Shown: positions 1-9,496 of the stretch, piece after piece | How the letters are laid out: each line of letters opens with the position of its first letter | Position numbering within the stretch: position 1 is the first letter of the stretch | Assembly (NCBI GenBank): GCA_943357745.1 | Contig: CALRGN010000001.1 | Coordinates: 1 to 57,531 of the forward strand | Reading direction: 5' to 3' | Length of the DNA stretch: 57,531 bases | Source: Candidatus Uhrbacteria bacterium | Lineage (GTDB): Bacteria; Patescibacteriota; Patescibacteriia; UBA9934 | Made by a program: the position numbers and the translations under genes | The notes under the pieces: generated by a model | The model's input: the letters and a program-made list of their open reading frames with translations, nothing else | Told to the model about the DNA's origin: nothing | Databases searched by the model: none

Positions 1-1
1 C

Positions 2-226
2 GCCCCGTTTAAGTTGGTAAAAACCGATCCCCATGAGGCTGGTCGGATTTTGACGGTGCTAGCTCATCGAATTTGTGATATCGCTATCGCCTTAGCTCCA
101 GTAATGCCTTCCACTGCCACTCAGATCTTAGAACGCTTTCAAGGGGATAGAATTCAAATTGCTACGCCGATGTTTCCAAGAGAGGAGGAGGAAAGCCTAA
201 ATGGCTTTCCGAGTATCCGACAGTAA
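2..226 (+). CDS. metG: Methionyl-tRNA synthetase, C-terminal anticodon-binding fragment (5' truncated by window)
   Basis: APFKLVK...IAIALAPVMPSTATQIL...PMFPR matches the class Ia MetRS anticodon-binding helix bundle; frame is open from the window start. Confidence 0.75.
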   Translation, partial: APFKLVKTDPHEAGRILTVLAHRICDIAIALAPVMPSTATQILERFQGDRIQIATPMFPREEEESLNGFPSIRQ

Positions 227-246
227 TTCATTCTTAAAATATCAGT

Positions 247-744
247 ATGGTGATTGAAGGTTGGATGGTAGATGTAGCCTTAGGAATAATTTCAGCCCTG
301 CTGATCTGGCGTGGTTGGAGCAAAGGTTTCATTCATACCGCTGGATCATTAATAGTGCTAGTAGTTTCCTTGGTTACCACCGGCTGGATCTTCTGGGAGG
401 CACAAACGCGTTTTGGAGTGGCTTTGAGTGGGTTATCACCTTGGATGTTGATTGGAGGCTATGTATTATTAAGTTTTGTAATTAGTCAGCTATTAATGTT
501 TATAGTTAGAATTATTGACCTTGCTAGACGCCTATTGTCACTGCTTCCATTTATAGGAATCATGAATTCGTTCTTTGGAGCCATGGTCGGCGCCGCACAA
601 GCGGTGGCGCTAATTGCTGCGCTCACTTTTGTTTCCATCTCTTATCTACCTAGCGGGGAAGTGCGTAGGCTGATATTAGAATCTCAAGCGGTTCAATTTG
701 TGGCCAGTGTGGAACAAGAGGTGGGAATGTTAATTTTAGAATAA
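247..744 (+). CDS. cvpA: CvpA (colicin V production) family membrane protein
   Basis: D..L.I......WRGWSKGF N-terminus, about 4 TM segments, NSFFGAMVG motif. Confidence 0.85.
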   Translation: MVIEGWMVDVALGIISALLIWRGWSKGFIHTAGSLIVLVVSLVTTGWIFWEAQTRFGVALSGLSPWMLIGGYVLLSFVISQLLMFIVRIIDLARRLLSLLPFIGIMNSFFGAMVGAAQAVALIAALTFVSISYLPSGEVRRLILESQAVQFVASVEQEVGMLILE

Positions 745-875
745 ATGTATAAGAACACAAACTAAATAAGAGTTGATCGGGTAACAAGATTTTAATCACC
801 GTTGATCAACAACCCCTAGCCAGCAGTGGGGTACTACTGACCGAACAACTACGCCCCAAAAAACCGCAAAATGAT

Positions 876-903
876 GTGTCGCCCAATATATCTTATGCGA
901 CAC
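876..903. other. dif-like Xer recombination site (11-6-11)
   Basis: Minus strand reads GTGTCGCATAA-GATATA-TTGGGCGACAC, similar to the E. coli XerC arm GGTGCGCATAA and spacer TGTATA; lies between convergent genes at an apparent GC-skew switch. Confidence 0.65.
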
Positions 904-905
904 AT

Positions 906-1234
906 AAGGATGATGGCAACATCAGCCAACTCATAAACTGGCTCAATCGTATTGTATAAGAAACGGTTGGTCGGTGCATTTATCTGTACTTAATAGAGTA
1001 CGGATAATCAAACTTGTTTCGGGAATCTTCATTAACCCAAAACATACGACCGATTTAAACGCCCTAGGAGAATCTAAAGGTAGATTAGTGCCCTTAGAAT
1101 GCGAATTACTTCTACAGTGTCTCTACATCACGGAGTAGATCTATTGCGTAATAGCCCATCGAATGACTGCTTGCAAGGAGATGGTCGGTGCATTTATTTG
1201 TACTCAAGGATGATGGCGACCTCAACCAACTCAT
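906..1234 (+). repeat. Two degenerate direct-repeat pairs (29 bp at 906-934 and 1206-1234; 23 bp at 968-990 and 1182-1204)
   Basis: aaggatgatggcaacatcagccaactcat vs aaggatgatggcgacctcaaccaactcat; tggtcggtgcatttatctgtact vs tggtcggtgcatttatttgtact. Confidence 0.85.
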
Positions 1235-1464
1235 TGATCAAATCTCATGAGCTATTGTGCCAACTGAAAAAAATTAAATTACTTCCTAACCGTATATAAA
1301 AAATTTAGTAAAGCTTATCCTTAGCTGAAAATAATTTTTACTTTAAATGAAAACTACCTGGCAAATAAAAATTAATCCACCACATGTGCAACCGCTATCA
1401 CCCCTATCTCCACTCCCCCACCCCAAAACATAAATCCAATCTAGTGTCGTAAAATAATAGGGAT

Positions 1465-2352
1465 TTATTTATAAAAAAGACTATTTGCAAAGCGAAGGTC
1501 TAAATACTCGGTGGGCCAAAGATTAGTCATTTCAAAATTTTTCATAGCGGCCTTCCAGGCTTGATTAAACTCTTCAAACGGTAGAGCGGGATCAACCAAA
1601 AGGTCGTAGTGGTGGGAACTATCACCGAGCTTTACTCTAATCCATCCGATCGTAAAATCCTCAACCGCAAACTGATTAATGCTAAATCCGTTTTTTAAAA
1701 TACCAACTTGATAATTGAAAATTTGTTCCCACCAAATGGCTGAAAACTGACCGCTGGATTCAGGTGTAAATGGTTCTGGCCAGAAGAGTGAGATCGGTTG
1801 AGTGCTAGTCTCGTCAGGAGATTTGGCGGAAGGATTTTCAAGATCAGAAGCAAAAGAAGCGGGAATCAGCTTGCCCTGGTTATCTAACAAGATTTCTTCT
1901 CCAGCGGTCTCGATTCTCCAGATCGGAACTAACTGGGAAAAATTCAAAGTTAGTTCGCGACTTGCTTGGGTGATGGCAATTAGTCGACCGGGTAATTGGT
2001 GGTGGATCATTTTTAAAAGGTCATTTTTTTTCCAATCCATGGTATGACTTCTCGGCCAAATAAAAAAATCTCGTTGGTTTAAAATATCCCAAGTTAGTGA
2101 TTGAACGGTTGAATCAAGCGGCGGCTCTAATCCTATAATTTTAACGGAAGTAATGTTAGTGAATTGATGGGCCAAAAAAAGAGCGCCAATTGGTAGACCA
2201 ATTGTACAAATGATTAAAAACCAAAATTTTAGTAGCGGTAATTTATTGTTTAACCACTTACCTTTCAGTCTCGTTTTAGCGAAGAGCGGATTACGACCCC
2301 CTTCCCCACTAAACCGGTGAGAGATCCTTTTGGTTGTAAACCCCAATCTCAT
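1465..2352 (-). CDS. FtsQ/DivIB-like cell division protein
   Basis: Basic N-terminus, single TM, POTRA-like segment, C-terminal EYLDLRF...YK; start moved to MRLGF because the upstream extension is a tandem repeat. Confidence 0.65.
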   Translation of the reverse strand: MRLGFTTKRISHRFSGEGGRNPLFAKTRLKGKWLNNKLPLLKFWFLIICTIGLPIGALFLAHQFTNITSVKIIGLEPPLDSTVQSLTWDILNQRDFFIWPRSHTMDWKKNDLLKMIHHQLPGRLIAITQASRELTLNFSQLVPIWRIETAGEEILLDNQGKLIPASFASDLENPSAKSPDETSTQPISLFWPEPFTPESSGQFSAIWWEQIFNYQVGILKNGFSINQFAVEDFTIGWIRVKLGDSSHHYDLLVDPALPFEEFNQAWKAAMKNFEMTNLWPTEYLDLRFANSLFYK

Positions 2353-2377
2353 ATAAATTTTATAGGTAAAGTAGCCG

Positions 2378-2422
2378 ATGGTCAACTGTAATATGGTCAA
2401 TTGTAATATGATCAATTGTAAT
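2378..2422. repeat. 15-bp tandem repeat x3
   Basis: atggtcaactgtaat / atggtcaattgtaat / atgatcaattgtaat. Confidence 0.9.
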
Positions 2423-2430
2423 AAAGAGGA

Positions 2431-3693
2431 CTAATTACCAGGCACTAATCGCTCCTGCCCAAGTCTTTCAGCTAAAACTCGTGGCAGAACCACACTGCCA
2501 TCCGCTTGTTGAAAGTTTTCTAGAATCGCAATTAAAATCCGGCCAATAGCCAGCGCGGTGCCATTCACTGTATGGGCAAAATGTAATTCTTGATCTTGAG
2601 AATATCTGATATTTAGCCGTCTCGCCTGAAAGTCGGTACAATTACTGGTAGAATGAGTTTCTCTAAATCTCTCCTGACTAGGAATCCAACATTCCAAATC
2701 CCATTTTTTCGCCGCTGGTAATCCTAAGTCACCACTCACGATCGATAACAAGTGATAAGGTAACCCAAGCATGCCCAGCAATTCTTCTTCAATTGCCAAC
2801 ATCAAATCATGTTCACCACCTGATTGTTCCGCGGTACAAAAGCTAAACATTTCCACTTTAGTAAATTGATGCATCCTTAAAATACCTTTAGTATCCTTAC
2901 CATGACTCCCCGCTTCTCTCCGGTAGCAAGGTGAGAAGCCCACGTACCGCTTAGGACTGGCTAGGTCCAAAATTTCACCCTCATGCAAGGCACCCAACGC
3001 CTGTTCTGAAGTTCCAATTAAATAAAGGTTATCTTTGGGTAAATAATAAATCTCATCTTGCCCACCATGCTCTAGGAAACCCATCGCCTTCATGGTTTGA
3101 GCGGTAACCAAATGCGGCACTGATACCGGAATAAAGCCTTGAGATTCGGCCACCTCTACCGCTAGACTAACTAACGCTAGTTCTAGCTTTGCCCCTAACC
3201 CTAAAAGATAGGCGAACCTTGAGCCGCTCGCTTTAGCGGCCTGATCAAGATCGAGTATCCCCAACCCCTTAGCAATATCAACATGATCCTTAATGGGAAA
3301 ATCAAAATTCGGTCTCACGCCCACCTCTCTAAGGACTTCATTACTATCCTCACTGGCCGCCACTATCACCTCCGACAAGGGTGGATTAGGGATGCGGTAC
3401 AATTTTTCATCTAATTCACCTTCAAGTTCTTTTAAAGACTGCTCTGGCTCAATTACCTCTTTATCTAGTGCTCGCATTGCTTCAATCAGTCTAGTTTTTT
3501 CTTCTGGGCTGGACTTGGGAATAATTGCTGAAGCCTCATTTTTCTTGGCCTTAATCCCTTGAATTAGCTGTTTTAAAGCTCTTACTTTTGCATCTAATGA
3601 CAAAATGAGTTCCGCCTCCACCACCGCGCCCTTGGATGCTGCCGCCGTCACAAAAAACTCTGGGTTTTCTCTAAATTTTTTCAGATCAATCAT
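2431..3693 (-). CDS. serS: Seryl-tRNA synthetase
   Basis: MIDLKKFREN start, coiled-coil arm, YLIGTSEQ, CYRREAG, HQFTKVE, SNCTDFQARRL. Confidence 0.97.
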   Translation of the reverse strand: MIDLKKFRENPEFFVTAAASKGAVVEAELILSLDAKVRALKQLIQGIKAKKNEASAIIPKSSPEEKTRLIEAMRALDKEVIEPEQSLKELEGELDEKLYRIPNPPLSEVIVAASEDSNEVLREVGVRPNFDFPIKDHVDIAKGLGILDLDQAAKASGSRFAYLLGLGAKLELALVSLAVEVAESQGFIPVSVPHLVTAQTMKAMGFLEHGGQDEIYYLPKDNLYLIGTSEQALGALHEGEILDLASPKRYVGFSPCYRREAGSHGKDTKGILRMHQFTKVEMFSFCTAEQSGGEHDLMLAIEEELLGMLGLPYHLLSIVSGDLGLPAAKKWDLECWIPSQERFRETHSTSNCTDFQARRLNIRYSQDQELHFAHTVNGTALAIGRILIAILENFQQADGSVVLPRVLAERLGQERLVPGN

Positions 3694-3694
3694 A

Positions 3695-4159
3695 TTAATG
3701 GCGTAAAAGTGAAGACTTATAGATCCTCTCACGATACGGTGAGCAAACCATGGTCGGCAAATAGTTATCCCCAGCCAGGGTAGATTCAAGAGTCAACTTA
3801 AATTCTAACCAAGCCTGTTGAAGCTCCTTTTGGTCATACCCAAATCCAATTAAATCAGGATTTGCTTTTTGCGTCGCTAAAAATTTGCCATGAAAGCCCA
3901 ATGGATCACTCGGCCAGACCTCGGAAACCAATCCGGTGGCAAGCAATGCATCTGCTCTTTGAATCCACCTTTCAGTCGGGTCAACTCCCTTTAAACCCAA
4001 GATAACCTCATCTCTAGCCAAAATAACAATCAGCTCATCCTGATCGCTATTAATTGATGTTGCCATGGGATCGGTATTTACCCAAGCACTAATTTCATTG
4101 AGCAAGGCTAAGTGGCCCAAATGCAAGCAATCAAATGAGCCGAATATTAATTTTCTCAC
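3695..4159 (-). CDS. HxGH cytidylyltransferase-like protein (RibL-type FAD synthase / TagD family)
   Basis: FGSFDCLHLGH, LARD, PD.I.FGYDQ, YKSS motifs. Confidence 0.8.
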   Translation of the reverse strand: MRKLIFGSFDCLHLGHLALLNEISAWVNTDPMATSINSDQDELIVILARDEVILGLKGVDPTERWIQRADALLATGLVSEVWPSDPLGFHGKFLATQKANPDLIGFGYDQKELQQAWLEFKLTLESTLAGDNYLPTMVCSPYRERIYKSSLLRH

Positions 4160-4179
4160 AAATGAAATTCAAAAATAAA

Positions 4180-5646
4180 TTAATCCCTGCGCTTCAAAGT
4201 TGGAAAGAGAATAACTTCTTTCAAGGTGTCACAACCACTTACAAAAGTTGCTAGCCGATCAATTCCGATCCCAACCCCAGCACAGGGGGGCAATCCGGTC
4301 TCAAGTGACTGAATGAATTCCTCATCAAAGGATTGTGCCTCCTCACTTCCCCGCTCTCGTAATAATTGTTGTTTTGAGAAGGCTGATCTCTGCCCGGCCG
4401 GATCATTCTGCTCATGATAGTATACATTCACAATCTCGGTTCCTCCCACCACTAATTGGGCGGTTGCGCTAAGTTTAGGATTAGTTCCAAGTGGTTTTGC
4501 TAGCGGTTTAATTTCTGATGGGTATTCTGTTACCCAAATCGGCCCAAGTAATAACGGTCTTGCAGTGGCTTTATAAAGGCTGTCCATTGCTTCACCAAGA
4601 CCAAAACAACCCTTAAAATCCAGGGCGAGCCCGGCATTTTTAACCGCCACTTCAAGCTCAGCTTGAGAATTAAAAGTTACCGGATCAATTCCGCAAGCAT
4701 TTTTAACCGCTTGTGAAAATGAAATCTTGGGCCAACTCTCCTCCAACGCAACCGTTTCACCATTTATAAATAATTCTGCTCTACCACTCGCGTCAACCAC
4801 TGCTTGTTTAATTAGCTTTTCAAGAAATTCTAGAAATTGTTGCGGTCTTACATAAGCCCAGTAAAGTTCTAACATGGTGAATTCAGGATTGTGAGAAAAA
4901 TCAATCCCTTCATTTCTAAAACATCGCGCGATTTCAAAAATCTTTTCAAATCCACCCACCACGAGGCGTTTCAAATAAATTTCTGGCGCAATTCGAAGAA
5001 ATAAATCAGTGCTCAGAGCATTATGATGGGTAACAAACGGTTTAGCATTGGCACCACCGGCAATTGGTTGCAAAACCGGTGTCTCCACTTCTATAAACTG
5101 CAACTCTGCCAATTGCTTTCTAATGCTAGCAATTAATTTTGATCGTTCAATAAAAATTCGCTTGGCATCTGGTCTACTAATCAAATCTAGTTCTCTTTGT
5201 CTAAACCTAATTTCAACATCTTGGAGCCCGTGCCATTTCTCTGGCAATGGTGCTAATGCTTTAACAAGTAATTTAAAATTATCCACCAATAGAGATTTTT
5301 CACCAGATTTAGTGGTCATTGGTTTGCCAGTAAATTCCGCAATATCACCAATGTCTAAATATTCTAAAAGCTCTTTATAGTCGATTTCTCCAAGCTCTTG
5401 TACCCGGACAACAATTTGAAGCTCACCAGAAAAATCCTTAAGTCGTAAAAAAGAAAGTTTACCAACTTGTCTAATTGCAATCACCCTGCCAGCCACAGAA
5501 CTACTCGCTCCAGATGATTCAAGTTTAATAAATGTATGTAGAAAATCGGCGGTAGTGTGGGTGCGATTGACATCGTCATCATATCCCAACCGACCTTTAT
5601 CCAACCATAATTGTAGTCTAGCCAACCGAGCTTCTCTCTCTTGCAT
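4180..5646 (-). CDS. lysS: Lysyl-tRNA synthetase, class II
   Basis: OB-fold, GGANAKPF, LRIAPE, FRNEGID..HNPEF, GIGIDRL, VILFP. Confidence 0.97.
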   Translation of the reverse strand: MQEREARLARLQLWLDKGRLGYDDDVNRTHTTADFLHTFIKLESSGASSSVAGRVIAIRQVGKLSFLRLKDFSGELQIVVRVQELGEIDYKELLEYLDIGDIAEFTGKPMTTKSGEKSLLVDNFKLLVKALAPLPEKWHGLQDVEIRFRQRELDLISRPDAKRIFIERSKLIASIRKQLAELQFIEVETPVLQPIAGGANAKPFVTHHNALSTDLFLRIAPEIYLKRLVVGGFEKIFEIARCFRNEGIDFSHNPEFTMLELYWAYVRPQQFLEFLEKLIKQAVVDASGRAELFINGETVALEESWPKISFSQAVKNACGIDPVTFNSQAELEVAVKNAGLALDFKGCFGLGEAMDSLYKATARPLLLGPIWVTEYPSEIKPLAKPLGTNPKLSATAQLVVGGTEIVNVYYHEQNDPAGQRSAFSKQQLLRERGSEEAQSFDEEFIQSLETGLPPCAGVGIGIDRLATFVSGCDTLKEVILFPTLKRRD

Positions 5647-5647
5647 A

Positions 5648-6106
5648 CTATAGTATTTCTATGATTTCATAAGTGTTCTCTCCTGAGGGAGATTGAACAA
5701 CCACCCTTTCTTTCACCGCTTTATTCATGAATGCTTGTCCCAGCGGAGATACATTGCTAATCCTACCCGCCATTGGATCAGATTCAGACTCCCCCACCAA
5801 CTCATAAGTCTTCGCTCCGAGCGGACCGTTTACCCTAAATTTGGAGCCAAGAGTAATGGTGGTTGATTTATTGCCAGAAATAATCTGAAAATCTCTTAAC
5901 ATTTCTTCAATCTGTAAAACTCTAGATTCGTTAATTCCTTGTTGTTCCCGAGCTTCATGATAAGCGAAGTTTTCAGAGAGATCTCCCATTTCCTTGGCGT
6001 CGGCAATTCTTTGTGAAATCTCCAACCGAAGTCGTTTTACCCGATCAGTCAACTCATTTTTTAACTCTTCTAATGCCGGTGCCGTTAAATATACTTGTGA
6101 AGCCAT
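5648..6106 (-). CDS. greA: Transcription elongation factor GreA
   Basis: GDLSENFAY, ISNVSPLG motifs. Confidence 0.95.
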   Translation of the reverse strand: MASQVYLTAPALEELKNELTDRVKRLRLEISQRIADAKEMGDLSENFAYHEAREQQGINESRVLQIEEMLRDFQIISGNKSTTITLGSKFRVNGPLGAKTYELVGESESDPMAGRISNVSPLGQAFMNKAVKERVVVQSPSGENTYEIIEIL

Positions 6107-6182
6107 AATAAATTTAAGCGCCATTTTAGGCGAATACAATGAGTGTGTTATAAACTCCCTCATTCGTCAAGGGGTTACTAGC

Positions 6183-8156
6183 TCACCTCTTCTCAATCTT
6201 CAAAAATATCTCCTTAGCAATTTTGGTGGCTAAATTTTCAACCCCGCCTTCCTCCACCATCACCGCCAAGGCAACGGTTGGGTTATCGGCCGGATAATAA
6301 CCAATAAACCAAGAATGTGGCGGTGCTAAATTTGACCATTGGGCGGTACCGGTTTTAGCAGCCGCCAGTTGTGGAAGACCTAGGAGCATCCTAGCCGTAC
6401 CACTAGTAACCGCCTGTTTCATACCATCTTGAATTACCGTTAATACTTCAGAAGAAATGAGGGGCTCGTTAATTGGTACTACCGCATCAGTTAGAAGATG
6501 AGGTTGAATTAGAAGGCCTTCATTAGCGAACGCCGCCGCTACTACGGCCATCTGAAGAGGTGTTACCAGAATATCTCCCTGACCAATTGAAACATTATAA
6601 GTATCTCCCACATACCAACTCTCTCCTTTGGTCTCTTCTTTCCATTGTTTGGAAGGAAGAAAACCACTTTTTTCCCCAGGAAGGTCAATCAATGTGAGCT
6701 GGCCCAACCCAAAACTTAAGGCGGCCGTCATTAGTTTTTCCACACCCATCCCTTCAAATTCATCAGAACCACCACCGATTTGATAGAAAAATGTATTAAC
6801 AGATTCGGCGATTGCTTTATATACATTTGTTAGACCATGACCGCCCCCTTTCCAATCGGGAAAAAATCGATCACCCAATTGTAATCCCCCATTTGAAAGG
6901 AAGGTTTTACTTGGGGTAATCATACCGTTTGTTAAAGCGGCGGCGGCAAAGATTGGTTTAATGGTGGAACCGGAAGGAAATTCACCAGCTACCGCTCGGT
7001 TGAAAAACGGCTTATCAGGATCATTTAACAATTTTACATATTCATCCTGTTCCACTCCAGAAGAAAAAATATTGGCGTCAAACGCCGGAGTGGAGACCAA
7101 TGCCAAAACTTCGCCATTATTAGGGTCAAGCGCCACCACACTAGCACGGCGTAAATTTGTTGGTTCTAAAACTTCAGAGATTTTTTCATCAATCATTCTT
7201 TGCAATTCCATATCAATCGTCAGCATAATGTCTTTTCCGGAGATTGGTTCTCTTTCCTGGAGGACTCGCTGAATAATACCCGCAGAATTTACTTCCATTT
7301 GTTTCATTCCTGGCTCTCCTCTTAATTCCGATTCATACCACAATTCTATCCCCGTCTTCCCCACCAAATCAAATTTCCTATATCCTAATTTATAATATTC
7401 GGAATAAACGTCCGGTGGAATTGTCCCCGTAAACCCAAGCACATGAGAAAGTGAATTATTGTTGGCGGTTAGATAGGCTCTTCTTTGAACAGTTTCAACT
7501 CTAATACCCAACCAATCGGCAGGATTTACCATTAATATTAGGGCCACCTCATACGGCAATTGATTAGCGATCAGAATTTCTTTGTCTGATTTGTTTGCAA
7601 TAATCTTGTCAGTCATTTCAGCAAAATCTAAACCGGTCAACTTAGCCAACCGGATAATCAGTTCCGTTTGCACTTGAGGTTCTATTGGTAATTGATTGGG
7701 GGCAATCACCAGCTGAAAATTGGGTTCATTGCTAGCCAAAGTTATCCCATTTCTATCTTTTATCACTCCTCGTAATGGTAAAACAGTCTGATGAATGACT
7801 CGATTAGATTCTGCCACCAGGTAGTAGTTAGACCCCAACGAAATCTGTAAAGCAAACAACTCTATTCCGGCGTAACAGATCAGTGTCACCAAGACTCCGC
7901 CCAATAAAAATAGTCTGAGTTTATTGTATGGAGACCGTGCCCCGGGAGAGATCACTCGGCAAGTCTCAATAAAATGAGAACTTAGCTTTTCAGATCGGTT
8001 AATAGCGGACTTGTTTATCCTTCCAATATCACCAAGTGACCCAAACAAGTGAGATTGATTTTTATCTCCACCAAAGACGGCCAGAATTAATTTATTCTTA
8101 CTTTGTTTAAAAACTCGTATCAAAAAATAATACTTTTTGATTTTTCCTTTAAACAT
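6183..8156 (-). CDS. mrdA: Penicillin-binding protein 2
   Basis: RGVIKDRNG, GSTIK (SxxK), SVN (SxN), KTGTAQ; downstream of mreBCD. Confidence 0.93.
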   Translation of the reverse strand: MFKGKIKKYYFLIRVFKQSKNKLILAVFGGDKNQSHLFGSLGDIGRINKSAINRSEKLSSHFIETCRVISPGARSPYNKLRLFLLGGVLVTLICYAGIELFALQISLGSNYYLVAESNRVIHQTVLPLRGVIKDRNGITLASNEPNFQLVIAPNQLPIEPQVQTELIIRLAKLTGLDFAEMTDKIIANKSDKEILIANQLPYEVALILMVNPADWLGIRVETVQRRAYLTANNNSLSHVLGFTGTIPPDVYSEYYKLGYRKFDLVGKTGIELWYESELRGEPGMKQMEVNSAGIIQRVLQEREPISGKDIMLTIDMELQRMIDEKISEVLEPTNLRRASVVALDPNNGEVLALVSTPAFDANIFSSGVEQDEYVKLLNDPDKPFFNRAVAGEFPSGSTIKPIFAAAALTNGMITPSKTFLSNGGLQLGDRFFPDWKGGGHGLTNVYKAIAESVNTFFYQIGGGSDEFEGMGVEKLMTAALSFGLGQLTLIDLPGEKSGFLPSKQWKEETKGESWYVGDTYNVSIGQGDILVTPLQMAVVAAAFANEGLLIQPHLLTDAVVPINEPLISSEVLTVIQDGMKQAVTSGTARMLLGLPQLAAAKTGTAQWSNLAPPHSWFIGYYPADNPTVALAVMVEEGGVENLATKIAKEIFLKIEKR

Positions 8157-8652
8157 AGTTAGTTCTTCTAATCACCATTGTTAAAAAGACGATTGCAATT
8201 GGAATCGCAAAAAATGCCTGCAAACTGGGCCCATCCCCGCAGACTCTATTAAACCATACCCCCAATGGTAAGCAACTCAAGATCACGGCAAAACTCTGAA
8301 TAATCGTTAGAAGTAGAAGTAAAGCAAATTCAGATTTAGTACCCAAATAATTAGTCACTAGTTGAGATGCGGAAAAAGAACCAAAAAGATACAATAACAA
8401 AACAATTGGAGTTCCTAAAATACCAGTAAATAGAATTCCAAATACAATGCTGTACCACCAGGCAACCGCCGATCTGTTATGCCAGTGTAAATATCCGATC
8501 ACTGTTAGGGGAACCCACCAATCATTCAAACTGGAGTCAATTTCCCAAATCAAAAGCTGAAAGATAAAGAGAAATAAACCAATAAAAAAATATTGAAGTT
8601 CTTGCCGATGAGCAACCCTTACCAGTTGAATCACTCCAAAGACCGATTTCAT
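8149..8652 (-). CDS. mreD: Putative MreD-like membrane protein
   Basis: Hydrophobic multi-TM protein between mreC and mrdA with overlapping ends; call rests mainly on position. Confidence 0.55.
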   Translation of the reverse strand: MKSVFGVIQLVRVAHRQELQYFFIGLFLFIFQLLIWEIDSSLNDWWVPLTVIGYLHWHNRSAVAWWYSIVFGILFTGILGTPIVLLLYLFGSFSASQLVTNYLGTKSEFALLLLLTIIQSFAVILSCLPLGVWFNRVCGDGPSLQAFFAIPIAIVFLTMVIRRTNYV

Positions 8653-9470
8653 AAATTAAGTTGGGGGATAACTATCACCCAATCTAACAAAAAAATTGAG
8701 TTTGCGGTGGTGACAGTGGCAGATTGAAGAACTGATCCAGAGCTTGGAGTCAGGCCAATGATAGTCCCCACAAAAATACCGGCCGGCCAGCCCTCATCAA
8801 TCCCAGAGGTAAATAATACGTCCCCCAGTTTCAAATTAATAAAATTAGGCACAAATTCTAAGCGAAGATTTTCTCCACCAGTCCCTGAGACGATTCCAAT
8901 TATCTCATCACCATCATTCAGGGTAATAGTGAGTTTTTGCTCTTCCCCTGTAATAACAGAGACAAAACTACGATCATTGAACACTCTAGTAATCTCACCT
9001 ACCACTTGAACCATCCCCTGTTCGCTAATACTAACCACCGCGCTTCCTAATAATACTTCTTGGTTTTTTCCTTGATCCAACCAAAAACCGGTCTCCCAAT
9101 TATCATTTAAACTACCAATAACCTTAGCCGTAACTCCCATTGAGTCCAGACCATTGGTATATCCTAAAAGTCTTTTTAAAACTAAGTTTTCTTTTTGCAA
9201 CAACAGTTTTTTCGTTTCGTCGGCATCAATAGTGGTCAGAGTATCTTCACACATCCTTGCTCTAGTTAGCCAACTTTTTTCTGGATAAAACAATCTAGTA
9301 GCAAAACCACTAATCTTTTCTCCTGTCCATAACCCCACCCTAGTCACCGATTGCCACCAAGGGAAAATTAAAGTAGCCATCACCAACAATCCAAGTAAGG
9401 CAAGGTAAATGTTCTTAGATTTAGTTCTAGTTAATCCTGAGGGTAATCTTTGAAACCATTTTGGAGCCAT
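8649..9470 (-). CDS. mreC: Rod shape-determining protein MreC
   Basis: TM plus coiled coil (ENLVLKRLL), TSGI...P.GI.VG motif. Confidence 0.9.
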   Translation of the reverse strand: MAPKWFQRLPSGLTRTKSKNIYLALLGLLVMATLIFPWWQSVTRVGLWTGEKISGFATRLFYPEKSWLTRARMCEDTLTTIDADETKKLLLQKENLVLKRLLGYTNGLDSMGVTAKVIGSLNDNWETGFWLDQGKNQEVLLGSAVVSISEQGMVQVVGEITRVFNDRSFVSVITGEEQKLTITLNDGDEIIGIVSGTGGENLRLEFVPNFINLKLGDVLFTSGIDEGWPAGIFVGTIIGLTPSSGSVLQSATVTTANSIFLLDWVIVIPQLNL

Positions 9471-9496
9471 AACCGATCATTTATACACATAACCGG

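Noticed and set aside
906..1234. CRISPR array or MazG remnant (reverse-strand ELADVAIIL)
   Set aside because: Only two copies of each repeat, in permuted order; the MazG-like peptide sits in a short frame bounded by stops with no other motif
1099..1299. 66-aa ORF in the terminus gap
   Set aside because: No recognisable motif or RBS; overlaps the degenerate repeats
1281..1308. Second, Firmicutes-like dif site (acttccta...gtatat)
   Set aside because: Only the first 8 bp resemble a left arm; no right arm
3694..3789. N-terminal extension of serS overlapping the cytidylyltransferase gene
   Set aside because: SerRS homology begins at MIDLKK (3693); the longer start is an ORF-calling artefact
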